Assembly: GCA_963705105.1 (NCBI GenBank)
Contig: CAVPIW010000009.1
Location: 160,001-224,000 of the forward strand
DNA: 64,000 nt
Direction: 5' to 3'
Source of the DNA: an uncultured Nitrospiraceae bacterium
GTDB taxonomy: Bacteria > Nitrospirota > Thermodesulfovibrionia > Thermodesulfovibrionales > Dissulfurispiraceae
This document shows, one piece after another, positions 9,666-19,933 of the stretch. Position 1 is the stretch's first letter, and each line of letters begins with the position of its first letter. The translations under genes were made by a program, and so were the position numbers. The notes beneath the pieces are model-generated. The model saw only the letters and a program-made list of their open reading frames with translations, was not told the DNA's origin and searched no databases.

Positions 9666-10535
9666 TCATTTCGGTGATTTGACGACGCCGAACGGGTCAG
9701 GCACGACCTTCTGGTTGGCGTTGCTCCAGAAGTTATCCATCGTCAACCCGTATTCCGGCAGGTGGTCGTGAAAAATAGCCCCCGCAGCTTCAGCGGTAGG
9801 CCGCTTCCAGTCATACTGCAATTCCGCCAGAAGGGAAAAAACGCTCACCAATTCGGCTCCTGCGCGAGCCATCCTGCTCATGGCGGCTTCTGCTTCGTAC
9901 CTGCTCCAGGCGCCCGTGGCATCCACGACGGGGAACACCTTATAGCCGTCCTGAAGGAGGGATAGAGTGGGGAATGCGGTGCAGGTGCCGATGGTGACAC
10001 CGGCGATGATGATATGATCGCGACCTGTCTTCGTGACCAGCTCCTGCAGGGTCTTCCGGACCGTCGGGTCCTCGTATGCGTTGATGATCCCCGTGCGGCG
10101 GTAAATCGGCTCGTTGGGAAAGAGTGCTTTCAGCTCGGGGAGCAGGTCACCGTTTTGCCACTGAGCGTTGCTGGTCGTCAGGAGAACCGGGATGGCGAAG
10201 GTTTTCGCGAACCTGCCGAGGGCCACCACGTTGTTCTTGTACTCCGCGAGGGAGGTATAGTCCCGTGCGCCTGACATGAGACCGACCTGGTGGTCGATGA
10301 GGAAAAGAATCGAATTCTTCGGCGTTGGACGATCGTAAACGTAGCGGCCGAGTTTGTGTGCTTCGGCAGCAGCCGTCACCGGTGGAACCGGCTCCGTCGT
10401 CGTCGGGCTGACAATATCCGCGGGCCGCTGTTGAGCCTGTGTTTGCTGGCCAATCGCCGTCCCGTTGAATGGGGCCAGCAACATACAGCTTAGAAAAATG
10501 ACAATAAGTGATGCCATCGATGCAAAGCGTTTCAT
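9666..10535 (-). CDS. Isochorismatase-family (YcaC-like) cysteine hydrolase with signal peptide
   Basis: LIDHQVGL, IPVLLTTS, IINAYED, AGVTIGTCTAFP; hydrophobic N-terminal leader. Confidence 0.8.
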   Translation of the reverse strand: MKRFASMASLIVIFLSCMLLAPFNGTAIGQQTQAQQRPADIVSPTTTEPVPPVTAAAEAHKLGRYVYDRPTPKNSILFLIDHQVGLMSGARDYTSLAEYKNNVVALGRFAKTFAIPVLLTTSNAQWQNGDLLPELKALFPNEPIYRRTGIINAYEDPTVRKTLQELVTKTGRDHIIIAGVTIGTCTAFPTLSLLQDGYKVFPVVDATGAWSRYEAEAAMSRMARAGAELVSVFSLLAELQYDWKRPTAEAAGAIFHDHLPEYGLTMDNFWSNANQKVVPDPFGVVKSPK

Positions 10536-10670
10536 GGTCTTCCTCCTTCGTGATGTCTCCCAAAGCCGGAGGGGCTCACCCTCCCTTTCCGGCCATAGGG
10601 AATGCTGTTTTCTGCCTGTTTCAATACCCACGGTATGGTTTTATCCATGCCGTATCCCCCCTCTGATCTT

Positions 10671-11450
10671 TCAGTGAAAAGCATAGGCATCCATGGCAAG
10701 AACGCCGTAGGCATAACTCCTGTGCAGCGTGGCGGAACCCCCGCCGTTTCCTGCGCCCATGGCGACAAAGAGGGGCATGAAGTGCTCCGGAGTCGGATGA
10801 TTCCTGGCAGCGTGAGGGAGGAGTTCCCGCCACCGCACAAGATCCCCGGCACGGCCGGCGGCAAGCCATCTCTCCACCCTGTCCGCAAAGGCTGAAACAT
10901 ACGGCGGAGACTCGCTGTCTATCGGATACATCCCGAACTCACCAAGGTTATGCGTGAGCCCGCCCGATGCGAAAATGAGCACGCCGCGCTCCGTCAACGG
11001 TCTGAGGGCCTTCCCGATTTCCAGGTGCCGTTGTGGATCCATGTGGGCGTTGATGGTCATCGAAACAATGGGGACATCGGCATCCGGGTACATCAGACTC
11101 AGAGGGATCCACATCCCATGGTCAATGCCCTTTTGAGAAGATCTCTCCACGTCGATGTGCGCGTCCTCAAGCAATTCTATCACCGTCTCGGCGACGGAGG
11201 CTGAGCCGGGAGGTTCGTAACGGATGTCATAGAGCTGTGACGGGAAGCCCCAGAAATCGTAGACCTGATGGAGTTTCTCCGCGCTGCTGACGACAACCCC
11301 GTCCGAAACGGAGTGTGCCGAGAACGCAATGATCGCTTCAGGCCTCCCGAGGCTCTTTCCGGCCTGTGTCAGAAAGGTTCGAACGGGCAGGTCCTCGATG
11401 AGGAGTGTCGGTGCGCCGTGAGAGACGAATATGCTTGACACCGGTTTCAT
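10671..11450 (-). CDS. DODA/YgiD-type class III extradiol dioxygenase
   Basis: FVSHGAP, SAH, DHGMWIPL, SGGLTHNL, NHPTPEHFMPL. Confidence 0.9.
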   Translation of the reverse strand: MKPVSSIFVSHGAPTLLIEDLPVRTFLTQAGKSLGRPEAIIAFSAHSVSDGVVVSSAEKLHQVYDFWGFPSQLYDIRYEPPGSASVAETVIELLEDAHIDVERSSQKGIDHGMWIPLSLMYPDADVPIVSMTINAHMDPQRHLEIGKALRPLTERGVLIFASGGLTHNLGEFGMYPIDSESPPYVSAFADRVERWLAAGRAGDLVRWRELLPHAARNHPTPEHFMPLFVAMGAGNGGGSATLHRSYAYGVLAMDAYAFH

Positions 11451-11581
11451 GGCTTGTATCCTCCTCTTCATTCCGAAGTCTGCGGTCGGTCACGGCATCA
11501 GCCGATACGACCTTCTTCCTTTCTACTATAACCCCCGGAGTGAGCGAAGCGGTAACAACTATGCGCAAAAAACTGGTACTT

Positions 11582-12397
11582 TCAGGCCCGAAAGGCCTCT
11601 CTCTTGAAGGCGCTCGGCGTGAGGCCCGTGAATCTCCTGAATACCCTGGTGAAATAGGAATGCTCCTCATACCCGAGATCAAAGGCGATTTCCTTGATGT
11701 TCATATCGGAATAGAGAATCAGCCGCTTTGCCTCGAGAATGCGGCGCTCTTCAATCGCCTCAGCGGCAGTCTTGCCGAGAAAAGCCTTGACGATCTGATT
11801 CAGCTTGCGCAGCGAAATCCCCAACTCGCGGGCATAGAATCCGGTGGAATGATTGTCCCGGTAATGCTCTTCGACGGCGGCGTTCAACTGTTCCCATAAT
11901 TTCCACTTGCCGGTAACGGCGGGATGCCGCTTTTCGAGGGCGGCATAGGTGAGTTCCTCGATCTTTGCTGCGAGTGCCTGCACGATAAACCTGATGGTTG
12001 TTCTGTGATGCTGGTTGAAGTTCACGTATTCCTTTGCTATGAGAGAGAAGAGACATTCAATAAACGGTATCTCCCCTTCAGGCGCCGTGACGCGTGAAGG
12101 CCCGAAAAACTGACTGAACAGAATAGAAGACTCGGCCGGCAGGAAACTGTCATGAAAGCGGGCGACGCAACACTGCACTTCTTCAGACGGGTCGAATCGG
12201 TGCATCCGACCCTTTGGGACGATGAGTAACGTGTTCGCCCGGATTTCTACCCTGTCGTCATCCAGAAGGTGATGCGCCGTCCCTTTTCTCACCCATATGA
12301 TCTCCTGGTATTCGTGGCGGTGCGGCGGATTGGCGCCTGCCAGGATGCCTGCAATGCCTTCCCGGTCAAGGAACAAATACTGAAAATCACCCTCCAT
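11582..12397 (-). CDS. AraC-family transcriptional regulator
   Basis: Cupin PHRHEYQEI; C-terminal IKEIAFDLGY...YFTRVFRRFTGLTPSAF. Confidence 0.92.
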   Translation of the reverse strand: MEGDFQYLFLDREGIAGILAGANPPHRHEYQEIIWVRKGTAHHLLDDDRVEIRANTLLIVPKGRMHRFDPSEEVQCCVARFHDSFLPAESSILFSQFFGPSRVTAPEGEIPFIECLFSLIAKEYVNFNQHHRTTIRFIVQALAAKIEELTYAALEKRHPAVTGKWKLWEQLNAAVEEHYRDNHSTGFYARELGISLRKLNQIVKAFLGKTAAEAIEERRILEAKRLILYSDMNIKEIAFDLGYEEHSYFTRVFRRFTGLTPSAFKREAFRA

Positions 12398-12521
12398 TTG
12401 CTCGCGGTCCGGCGGTGCTTCCGAGAGCGCGGGGGGGTGCCTTCTGGACCTTCTTAGTTCTCCCGGTCATTATTTCAATAATATCATAATGCTATAGGGA
12501 CACATCGATGCGTCCCTATTT

Positions 12522-12715
12522 TTATGCGTACTGCCCGGCGACGTATCCGGAGGACCAGGCCCACTGGAGGTTGAACCCGCCCAACGGGCCGTCACGTCCG
12601 CGACCTCTCCGACGAAGAAGAGACGGGGACCTTCTTCGCCTCCATGGTCTTGAAAGCTCGTCCGTGTCGATCCCACCGATTTTGACCTCAGCCTTCTGAT
12701 ACCCCTCCGTTCCGC
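12522..12715 (-). pseudogene. Frameshifted C-terminal scrap of an HI0933/YhiN-family flavoprotein
   Basis: Minus-strand pieces GTEGYQKAEVKIGGIDTDELS / KTMEAKKVP / LFFVGEVADVT / GGFNLQWAWSSGYVAGQYA* across frameshifts. Confidence 0.75.
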
Positions 12716-12898
12716 GGGGAAAGGCGGGGCGAAGCGCTCTGAAAAACAGTGTCAGAGTGAGTGTCGGTAAAAAGGCTCACTTTCTCGACTATCGGCCTGA
12801 AACGCAGTCTTTGTCCCGCCACAGGTGTCGCCGCAGCAAGGTTTTCGGCGCATTCACCCCAGCCCTGCCTTTCCGGAATGCGTATGCAGCGATAAGGT
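12701..12898 (-). repeat. Long-hairpin intergenic repeat, copy 1 (type B)
   Basis: Shared core GCGCCGAAAACCTTGCTGCGGCGACACC, GACACT tract and CGCCCCGCCTTT. Confidence 0.9.
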
Positions 12899-12902
12899 TT
12901 GA

Positions 12903-13412
12903 TCAGTTCAAGCGGTCCGAAATCCGATTGATGCCCACCTGGGCGCACTCGTCGTCGATATCCGCCCCCGGTGCGCCTCCCACGCCGATGCCGCCGATCA
13001 CCTCGGTGCCTGAGCGAATGGGGAGCCCCCCGCCAAGGATGAGCACGTCGGCAAAGTCGCGGAGACCCTCGACTGTGGGGTCAGCGGCAATACGCTGGGA
13101 AAGCAGGAGCGTGCTTGACCGGAATGTGACGGCCGTCAGGGCCTTTCTCCTGCTCCCGTCAGGAGTACCAGGTCCCGCGCCGTCGTCCCTGATGAGGACC
13201 TTCGTGATGCCTGACCTGTCGACAACGGCCACGGAAACGCTGAACCCCCTTGCGATACAATCCTGCATTGCCGCCACGGCCGCCTCGGCGGCGAGAGCGA
13301 GTGAAATCTGCTTTTCGTTCAGCACCTGCGCCCCCGCAGGAGAGACCGACATGAGGATGAGGACTGTAAGCAGGCAGACAGGAACGGCAAGACTTTTCAG
13401 GAATCTTTTCAT
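12903..13412 (-). CDS. GlcG/HbpS-family heme-binding exported protein
   Basis: VSVAVVDRSG...RDDGA...RRKALTA...GGGLPI...IGGIGVGGAPG..DDECA; signal peptide. Confidence 0.88.
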   Translation of the reverse strand: MKRFLKSLAVPVCLLTVLILMSVSPAGAQVLNEKQISLALAAEAAVAAMQDCIARGFSVSVAVVDRSGITKVLIRDDGAGPGTPDGSRRKALTAVTFRSSTLLLSQRIAADPTVEGLRDFADVLILGGGLPIRSGTEVIGGIGVGGAPGADIDDECAQVGINRISDRLN

Positions 13413-13715
13413 CGTAAACCTCCCCCAAAATCTATATTGCGAGCCGTTAACAACGGCTTCTCTCATTATAGCCTTCCCCGGACGGAGCCGCAAGAGACAC
13501 GTCCGGCATCTGCCGGTCTTTGCGGAAAGATGACCAACACCGGCGTGACATGCGTAACATCTCGACCTGCATGGAACATTTGAATCAATTGTGTATCACA
13601 TATCATTCAGGAGTGCGATGGTCGAGAGTGCAAAATGCAATAATATCAAGTGGTTGAAAATGTGGTATGTATCTTGATAAGATATCACAAACGTTTTTCG
13701 AAGGGGAATCACAGA

Positions 13716-14033
13716 GTGCCTCCGGTGAAACATGTAACGGCGTGGCTGGCTTGCATCATGATCCTGTTTTCGGGCTTGCCGCTTCATATTGCCGTCCAGC
13801 CCGACGGCGACGGAACAGCGACGCGCATCTTGACTCTCGACGTCTGCCGCGCGTCCGGCTCGGTTTTTCATGAAAGCCCGGATATCACCTGTCTCAATGA
13901 GATACAGATCGATCTGACGGCATTCATCAGCGAATTCCCTTTGAATGAAGCGTTAAATACAGTCTGTATCCCTCTCCATGCCCGCCGTATAGAGCATCCA
14001 CCCCGTTTTCTGACCTCATTCCTCCAGGCATGA
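13716..14033 (+). CDS. Small hypothetical protein (hydrophobic N-terminus, LDVC, C-terminal IEHPPR)
   Basis: GTG after AAGGGG; lies directly upstream of the peroxidase. Confidence 0.5.
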   Translation: MPPVKHVTAWLACIMILFSGLPLHIAVQPDGDGTATRILTLDVCRASGSVFHESPDITCLNEIQIDLTAFISEFPLNEALNTVCIPLHARRIEHPPRFLTSFLQA

Positions 14034-14124
14034 CTTGAGTCATCAGGACTTTGAGGGCCTTGCCCCAATTGTCCGCGATACCGCTGCGTATCGATTTCAG
14101 AAAAGCCGTTTTTCATGGAGGATT

Positions 14125-15213
14125 ATGATGAAGAAAATGTGGTGTATCGTTCTTGCAGCCGTCGCCGCCCTTGTGCTGGCTGCTGCGGTCGATTCGGAGG
14201 CTCTCACGTCAAAAGAACTGTTAGGCCGGTTTCTGTATTTCGATGAAAATCTTTCGAACCCCGCCGGACAATCCTGCGCATCCTGTCATCATCCGAGGGC
14301 CGGCTGGGCCGATCCCGACAAGTCCCTGCCCGTGTCAGAGGGCGTGATACCAGGCCGATTCGGGACCCGGAATGCCCCGACGGCGTCCTATGCGGCCTTC
14401 AGTCCCGGTTTCGGTTTCGATGCGGTAGAAGGATTGTGGGTCGGCGGCCAGTTCTGGGACGGAAGGGCGAAGGATCTCGTGGAGCAGGCGAAGGGACCGT
14501 TCCTGAATCCCGTGGAGATGAACAACACAAAGGATGGCGTCGTCAATGCCGTTCGCGTTTCTCATTACGCGTGGCTCTTCAAGCAGGTGTACGGCCGCAA
14601 TGCATTGAAGGATGTCACGACGGCCTATGACTTCATCGCCGATGCCATCGCCGCCTTTGAGAAGACCGATCAGCTCAACAGGTTTACATCCAAATTCGAC
14701 TACTTTGTCAAGGGCAAGGTGCAGCTAACGGCCCAGGAGCTGAACGGCCTCAACCTGTTCAACGATCCTGCCAAAGGAAATTGCGCCGCCTGTCATCCCA
14801 GCACATCAGCAGACGGCATCACCCCGGCGCTCTTTACAGACTTCACCTATGACAACCTGGGCATACCGCACAATGACGAGATCGACCAGCTCGTGGGATC
14901 TGTCGTCCCACCCGATCTCGGGCTCGGCGTCACAGTCAACGACCCAGCAGAGAACGGCAAGTTCAAGGTCTCGACCCTGAGAAATCTGGCAAAGACGGCT
15001 TCCTATGGACACAACGGGTATTTCAAGACGTTGAAGGAGATCGTCCATTTCTACAATACGAGGGACGTCGCTGCGTGGCCCCCCGCTGAATACCCCGATA
15101 CGGTCAACAACACCGAGTTGGGCAACCTCGGGCTGACCCCGGCGGAAGAGGACGCGATCGTGGCTTTTCTCATGACACTGACGGACGGGTATTTCTGTAC
15201 GACCTGCCGGTAG
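14125..15213 (+). CDS. Di-heme cytochrome c peroxidase (CCP/MauG family)
   Basis: CASCH and CAACH; LGRFLYFDENLS, RNAPT, QFWDGRA, GKFKVSTLRN, YGHNG; signal peptide. Confidence 0.92.
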   Translation: MMKKMWCIVLAAVAALVLAAAVDSEALTSKELLGRFLYFDENLSNPAGQSCASCHHPRAGWADPDKSLPVSEGVIPGRFGTRNAPTASYAAFSPGFGFDAVEGLWVGGQFWDGRAKDLVEQAKGPFLNPVEMNNTKDGVVNAVRVSHYAWLFKQVYGRNALKDVTTAYDFIADAIAAFEKTDQLNRFTSKFDYFVKGKVQLTAQELNGLNLFNDPAKGNCAACHPSTSADGITPALFTDFTYDNLGIPHNDEIDQLVGSVVPPDLGLGVTVNDPAENGKFKVSTLRNLAKTASYGHNGYFKTLKEIVHFYNTRDVAAWPPAEYPDTVNNTELGNLGLTPAEEDAIVAFLMTLTDGYFCTTCR

Positions 15214-15224
15214 AGTGACAACGG

Positions 15225-15254
15225 ACGGGGCATGTCTCTCCGGGCATGCCCCGT
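15225..15254. terminator. Hairpin between convergent genes
   Basis: ACGGGGCATG...CATGCCCCGT. Confidence 0.55.
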
Positions 15255-15258
15255 GTTC

Positions 15259-15693
15259 TCAAAAATATTGCAGTCCTGACTCGAATGCCTCCTTCGTGAT
15301 CGTGAACGTCCCGTTTTGCCTGCTGCCCTTCAGACGGATCGGGTAACAGCCGCCCAATCCCGTCTTCAGGTCCTCGATGGGGTAACTCACATTGCAGTAT
15401 TTGCACACCATGCGCCCGTTTTCGTAACGAAAGCCGAGTCTTTTCCTGTAGCACTGCTTGCAGGCGTCGAAATAGGACCGGACGTCATCGCCGATTCTGA
15501 TCAGGAAGAAATCGACCCTCGTGTTTTCGATCGTCACGGAATAAAAGGCGGGATCCCTTTCGGGAAGTCCGCTCACATCGATCGTCGCTCTCGATCCATC
15601 ATATGGCGCCGGCGTGTAGCCCTTCCTGTTGCTGCAGGACAAGGTCAGGAAGGGGATCATAAGGACAAGAAAAATGCGAACGGTGAGATTCAT
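15259..15693 (-). CDS. DUF2318-like Fe-S-binding lipoprotein
   Basis: FDACKQCY, VCKYCN, GGCYPI cysteine pattern; lipobox-like LTLSC. Confidence 0.75.
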   Translation of the reverse strand: MNLTVRIFLVLMIPFLTLSCSNRKGYTPAPYDGSRATIDVSGLPERDPAFYSVTIENTRVDFFLIRIGDDVRSYFDACKQCYRKRLGFRYENGRMVCKYCNVSYPIEDLKTGLGGCYPIRLKGSRQNGTFTITKEAFESGLQYF

Positions 15694-15770
15694 GACTCAT
15701 TGTAAATCACTTGTTCGCCCCCTAGCAACGGGCGGGACGCATCAACGTCGTCGTCGCCACCGCAGGATTC

Positions 15771-15957
15771 ACCGTATCGCTGCAATAGGACACCCGGAAA
15801 GGCGGGGCGTATGCGTCGAAAACCTTGCTGCGGCGGCACCCTTGCCTTGCCATGAAGATAATTTCGAGCCGACGGCTGAAAAAATTGCTGACACTCACAC
15901 TGACACTGACACTGTTTTTCAGAGCGCTTTGCCCCGCCTTTAAAGCAACCGAAAGGT
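15771..15957 (+). repeat. Long-hairpin intergenic repeat, copy 2 (type B)
   Basis: ACCGTATCGCTGCA...AAAGGCGGGGCG...GACACT tract...GCCCCGCCTTT...GCAACCGAAAGGT. Confidence 0.9.
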
Positions 15958-15971
15958 AACGCCTTTGAAGT

Positions 15972-17645
15972 TTACATCTTCGCGGGCGCTTTGACGCCGA
16001 GGATGGCCAGTCCGTGGCGGAGGACAATGCCGATGGCGGAACAGAGGGCGAGGCGCGCTTTCGTCAACTCCCCGTCGTCGGTGATGACCCTGTGTTTGTG
16101 GTAATAGGGATGGAACATGCCCGCCAGTTCCTGCAGGTAGAAGGTAATCTTGTGCGGCTCGTGAGACAGGGCGGCGTTTTTAAAGACAAGGGGGTAAAGG
16201 AGGAGCTTCTTGACGATCCGCATTTCCTCGTCGTTGAACAGTTCTCCGTTGAAATCAGTTCCCGCTGATTGGCGACCGCCGGTTGCCGGCTGTCCTTCCG
16301 TCTCCCGGCTTTTTTCAAAGATGCTGTTGATCCGCGCATGGGCATACTGGACGTAGAAGACGGGGTTCTCCTGGGACTGGGCCTTCGCGACATCGATATC
16401 GATATCGAGATGGCTGTCCGAGCGGCGCGTCAGGAAGAGAAACTTCGTCGTGTCAGCGCCGATCTCGTCCATCACCTCCCGCAAAGTGATGAACTCGCCG
16501 GCCCGCTTGGACATCTGGACGGGCTTGCCTCCCCTCAGGAGGGACACCATCTGGGCGAGAAGCACCCGGAGCTTTTCCCTGGGGTGGCCGAGGGCCTGGA
16601 TGACGGCCTGGACCCTCGGGATGTAGCCGTGATGGTCAGCCCCCCAGATATCGACGATCTCGTCGTAGCCCTGGTCCACCTTCCTGCGATGGTAGGCGAT
16701 ATCGGAGGCGAAATACGTGTACTCACCGTCCTGCTTGACGACGACCCGGTCCTTGTCGTCGCCGAAGGCCGTAGAGCGGAACCACGTGGCGCGTTCCTTT
16801 TCATACATATACCCGCTCACCGTGAGGTCCTCGATGGCCTGGCTCACTTCGCCCCTCTCGAACATCTCCCGCTCGCTCTGCCAGACGTCGAAGGTGACGC
16901 CGAAATCGTCGAGATCCTGCCTGATAGTATCGAGCATCCGCGTGTAGGAGAAGTCGATGACGAGGCCGGATATCTCTTCGAATCCCCTCTCGACGAGGGC
17001 GTTGCCGTGCGCCTGGATGAGTTCCCGCGCCAGGTCCTCGACGTAATCACCCCGATACCCGTCTTCAGGAAAGGGGTATTCGATGCCCAGGAGTTCGTTG
17101 TACCGGGCGAAGACGGATTGCCCGAGCAGGCGCACCTGTCGGCCTGCATCGTTGATATAGAATTCCTTCGTGACGTCATATCCGGCCTCTTTCAGCAGGT
17201 TCGACAGGGCGGACCCCAGGGCCGCACCCCTGCCGTGACCGAGGTGGAGCGGGCCCGTCGGATTGGCGCTGACGAACTCGACCTGAATTTTTCTGCCCTG
17301 GCCTATGTCCTCGAAGATGAAGGCATCCTGCTCGGAGAGGAGTCTTTTCAGTTCGCCGGAAAGGAAAGAACGTGTGAAGGCGACGTTGATAAATCCAGGC
17401 CCTGCAATCTCAACCTTTTCGAACATCCCGGCATTGTGCATCGCAGCGACGATGTCCGCGGCGATCTTCACAGGAGGCCTCCTGAGAGTCCTCGCAAGAC
17501 CCATGGCGAGAGGGGTCGACAGATCGCCGAAGCTCTCCTCCTTGGGGATCTCGATGCCCGCTTCCCAGGTCCCTTTTTCGACGCCTGCCTGCTCGAAGAC
17601 CCGCTCCAGCGCCTCCCGTAGAACCGCCCTGAATGCCCTTTCCAT
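15972..17645 (-). CDS. argS: Arginine--tRNA ligase
   Basis: VEFVSANPTGPLHLGHGRGA (HIGH), WGADHHGY, MSKRAG, NPVFYVQYAHAR. Confidence 0.97.
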   Translation of the reverse strand: MERAFRAVLREALERVFEQAGVEKGTWEAGIEIPKEESFGDLSTPLAMGLARTLRRPPVKIAADIVAAMHNAGMFEKVEIAGPGFINVAFTRSFLSGELKRLLSEQDAFIFEDIGQGRKIQVEFVSANPTGPLHLGHGRGAALGSALSNLLKEAGYDVTKEFYINDAGRQVRLLGQSVFARYNELLGIEYPFPEDGYRGDYVEDLARELIQAHGNALVERGFEEISGLVIDFSYTRMLDTIRQDLDDFGVTFDVWQSEREMFERGEVSQAIEDLTVSGYMYEKERATWFRSTAFGDDKDRVVVKQDGEYTYFASDIAYHRRKVDQGYDEIVDIWGADHHGYIPRVQAVIQALGHPREKLRVLLAQMVSLLRGGKPVQMSKRAGEFITLREVMDEIGADTTKFLFLTRRSDSHLDIDIDVAKAQSQENPVFYVQYAHARINSIFEKSRETEGQPATGGRQSAGTDFNGELFNDEEMRIVKKLLLYPLVFKNAALSHEPHKITFYLQELAGMFHPYYHKHRVITDDGELTKARLALCSAIGIVLRHGLAILGVKAPAKM

Positions 17646-18103
17646 AACTAACAAGTTTACGGGTCCCCTTCTCCCGTTGTCAACCGACGACAATTTGCCC
17701 TATCCTTGCACCGGTCCGCGGAAAAGGGGGAGCGAAGAAGCCGCAGCACAGGTCATTAGTCATTGAGTCGTTATCAAGCCATCAGCCGGCAGTCGGAGCA
17801 AGGCCGGGAACAGCCGGGCGGGAAGGCTGATGTGGTGAAAAGCCTTTCCGCATCTTCTGATTTCGGGCGTTCTGAGAGCGGTTTCTGCGATACCTTTCCC
17901 TTTAAAGAGGGGGATGCAGGGGGGTGTCGTGAGGTTTACAATAAATTTACAATCATTGACTTCACTTTTACTGCATTTACGTTTAGAATTACTGTATCAC
18001 TGTTCCGGGTCCGGATAATACGGTTCATATAAAGGGTTTTCGAGATGGAAAGAGGCGGAGTACACACGTATGGATTTGTCACAATGCTCAGCAGGAGGTG
18101 AAT

Positions 18104-19756
18104 ATGGGCAAGCGGTTTTACCTGGCACTCATGGTTTTCTTCCTTGTCCTGGCGGTCGGACCTTACCAGTCCGCTTTCGGGGCCGCGGAAAAGAAGGCGG
18201 AGCCGAAAAAGGCGGCTGCGGAGAAGCAGGCTGATGTGAACGCCTGTTTCGGCTGCCATGCCGAGATCAAGGATTTTCACGCAAAGGGCAAGCACGCGAA
18301 AGTGAACTGCGTCAACTGTCACGCAGACCTGGACAAACACCTCAAGGACCCGTCGGCGAAGCCGGTGACAAAGATGGACCTCGCGACCTGCGGCACGTGT
18401 CATAAGGAGCAGTATGAATCCTTCGTCGCCATGAATCTCGAGTCGAAGGCGAGGGTGGAAAAGTCGACCTTCAAGAGCAGGTCTCCCCTCTTCGACAAGC
18501 TCATGATGCCCCACGGCTTCACGAAGGAGCATTCCGAGCCGAGGAGCCACGTCTTCATGCTCTTCGACCACCTCATCGTCGACAGGGCCTTCGGCGGGAG
18601 ATTCCAGCCCAAGGACTGGACGAAGATGATCGATGCAAAGGGCGCCGAGACGTCGCTCTGGACGGTCCTTGTCGACAAGGAACCGTCGAGCTCGGATCAA
18701 AAGGTCTTCATGCCGCAGACGGCCACGGCAGCCAACCCGGTCTGTCTCAACTGCAAGACCATGGACCACATTCTCAAGTGGAAGTACATGGGAGACAAGG
18801 ACCCCGCAGCGAAGTGGGACAGGACCTCCAAGGTCGTCGATTTCGTCAGGGACCTCAAACACCCCATCAATTGTTTCATGTGCCATGACCCTCATTCCAC
18901 CCAGCCGCGCGTCGTCCGCGACGCCCTCATCGAGGCCGTCGTCGACAGGGGCGAGGGCACCTACCCCTATGACAAGGAGAAGAGCAAGAAGACGACGATC
19001 AAGAAGGTCATGTTCCGCGACTTCAGGGCCATAGGGCTCCTCAGCCGGCCGGATTCGGTCTTGATGTGCGCCCAGTGTCACGTCGAGTACAACTGCAACC
19101 CGGGACATAACCCGGAGACGGGCGAGGCCGTCGGCATGGCGGACAGGAGGACGAACCTCTTCCAGTGGGTAAACGTCTTCGATTACAACAGGAAGATGGA
19201 GCAGTTCAAGTTCAAGGACTTCAAGCATGCCGTAACGGGCGCCTCCCTCTCCAAGATCCAGCACCCCGAGACGGAGACCTTCTGGGGGAGCAAGCACGAA
19301 CGGGCGGGAGTCGAGTGCAAGGACTGCCATATGCCGAAAGTGAAGAAGGGGGCCAAGTCTTACACCTGGCACGGCCAGCGCAGCGCGCGGTACATGAAGA
19401 AGGATACCTGCGTGAAGTGCCATCCCAAGTGGACGGACCAGGAGGCTGAGTACCAGATCGACGCCATCCAGAACTACATCCGCGGCAAGCTGAACAAGGC
19501 GGAGTTCTGGCTCGGCCAGTTCATCGATGCGTACGCAAAGGCGAAGAAGGCGGGCGTCCCCGAGGACACCCTCAAGGAGGCCCGGAAACTCCACGACACG
19601 GCCCAAACATACTGGGAATGGTGGACGGCGGAGAACTCCGACGGGTTCCACAATCCCGAAGCGGCGCGGGAATCGCTGACGCGCTCCATCGATGCGTCCC
19701 AGAAGGGCATCAAGCTCCTCACCGACGCCATGGCGCCGAAGGCTGCAGCGAAATAA
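18104..19756 (+). CDS. Octaheme ammonia-forming cytochrome c nitrite reductase (ONR/NrfA-related)
   Basis: Seven CxxCH plus one CxxCK (CLNCK); [24 protein letters not shown]; signal peptide. Confidence 0.92.
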   Translation: MGKRFYLALMVFFLVLAVGPYQSAFGAAEKKAEPKKAAAEKQADVNACFGCHAEIKDFHAKGKHAKVNCVNCHADLDKHLKDPSAKPVTKMDLATCGTCHKEQYESFVAMNLESKARVEKSTFKSRSPLFDKLMMPHGFTKEHSEPRSHVFMLFDHLIVDRAFGGRFQPKDWTKMIDAKGAETSLWTVLVDKEPSSSDQKVFMPQTATAANPVCLNCKTMDHILKWKYMGDKDPAAKWDRTSKVVDFVRDLKHPINCFMCHDPHSTQPRVVRDALIEAVVDRGEGTYPYDKEKSKKTTIKKVMFRDFRAIGLLSRPDSVLMCAQCHVEYNCNPGHNPETGEAVGMADRRTNLFQWVNVFDYNRKMEQFKFKDFKHAVTGASLSKIQHPETETFWGSKHERAGVECKDCHMPKVKKGAKSYTWHGQRSARYMKKDTCVKCHPKWTDQEAEYQIDAIQNYIRGKLNKAEFWLGQFIDAYAKAKKAGVPEDTLKEARKLHDTAQTYWEWWTAENSDGFHNPEAARESLTRSIDASQKGIKLLTDAMAPKAAAK

Positions 19757-19767
19757 TCAATCGAAAA

Positions 19768-19790
19768 GAGGCGGGGCCTGTCCCCGCCTC
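19768..19790 (+). terminator. Putative terminator hairpin after the nitrite reductase
   Basis: GAGGCGGGG-cctgt-CCCCGCCTC. Confidence 0.5.
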
Positions 19791-19933
19791 GATCGCTTCT
19801 GTCGGTCTGCCTGCGCGTCTGAGCCCGCCGGTTGCACAATGAAGTTTTTTTGACTGCCGACTCCCGACAATCGACTCAGTCCTGACCGACACAGACGCCG
19901 ACGCTATCAAATGAAGTACAATAAGAAGCCTCC

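Noticed and set aside
12688..12948. Short ORFs spanning the repeats (e.g. ...ENLAAAT..., ...KTLLRRHL...)
   Set aside because: They recur only because the DNA repeats; starts, stops and frames are not conserved between copies.
16269..19651. Long antisense ORFs over argS and the nitrite reductase (also over mscS, fbaB and the sulfatase)
   Set aside because: Shadow ORFs expected from high-GC codon bias opposite well-supported genes.
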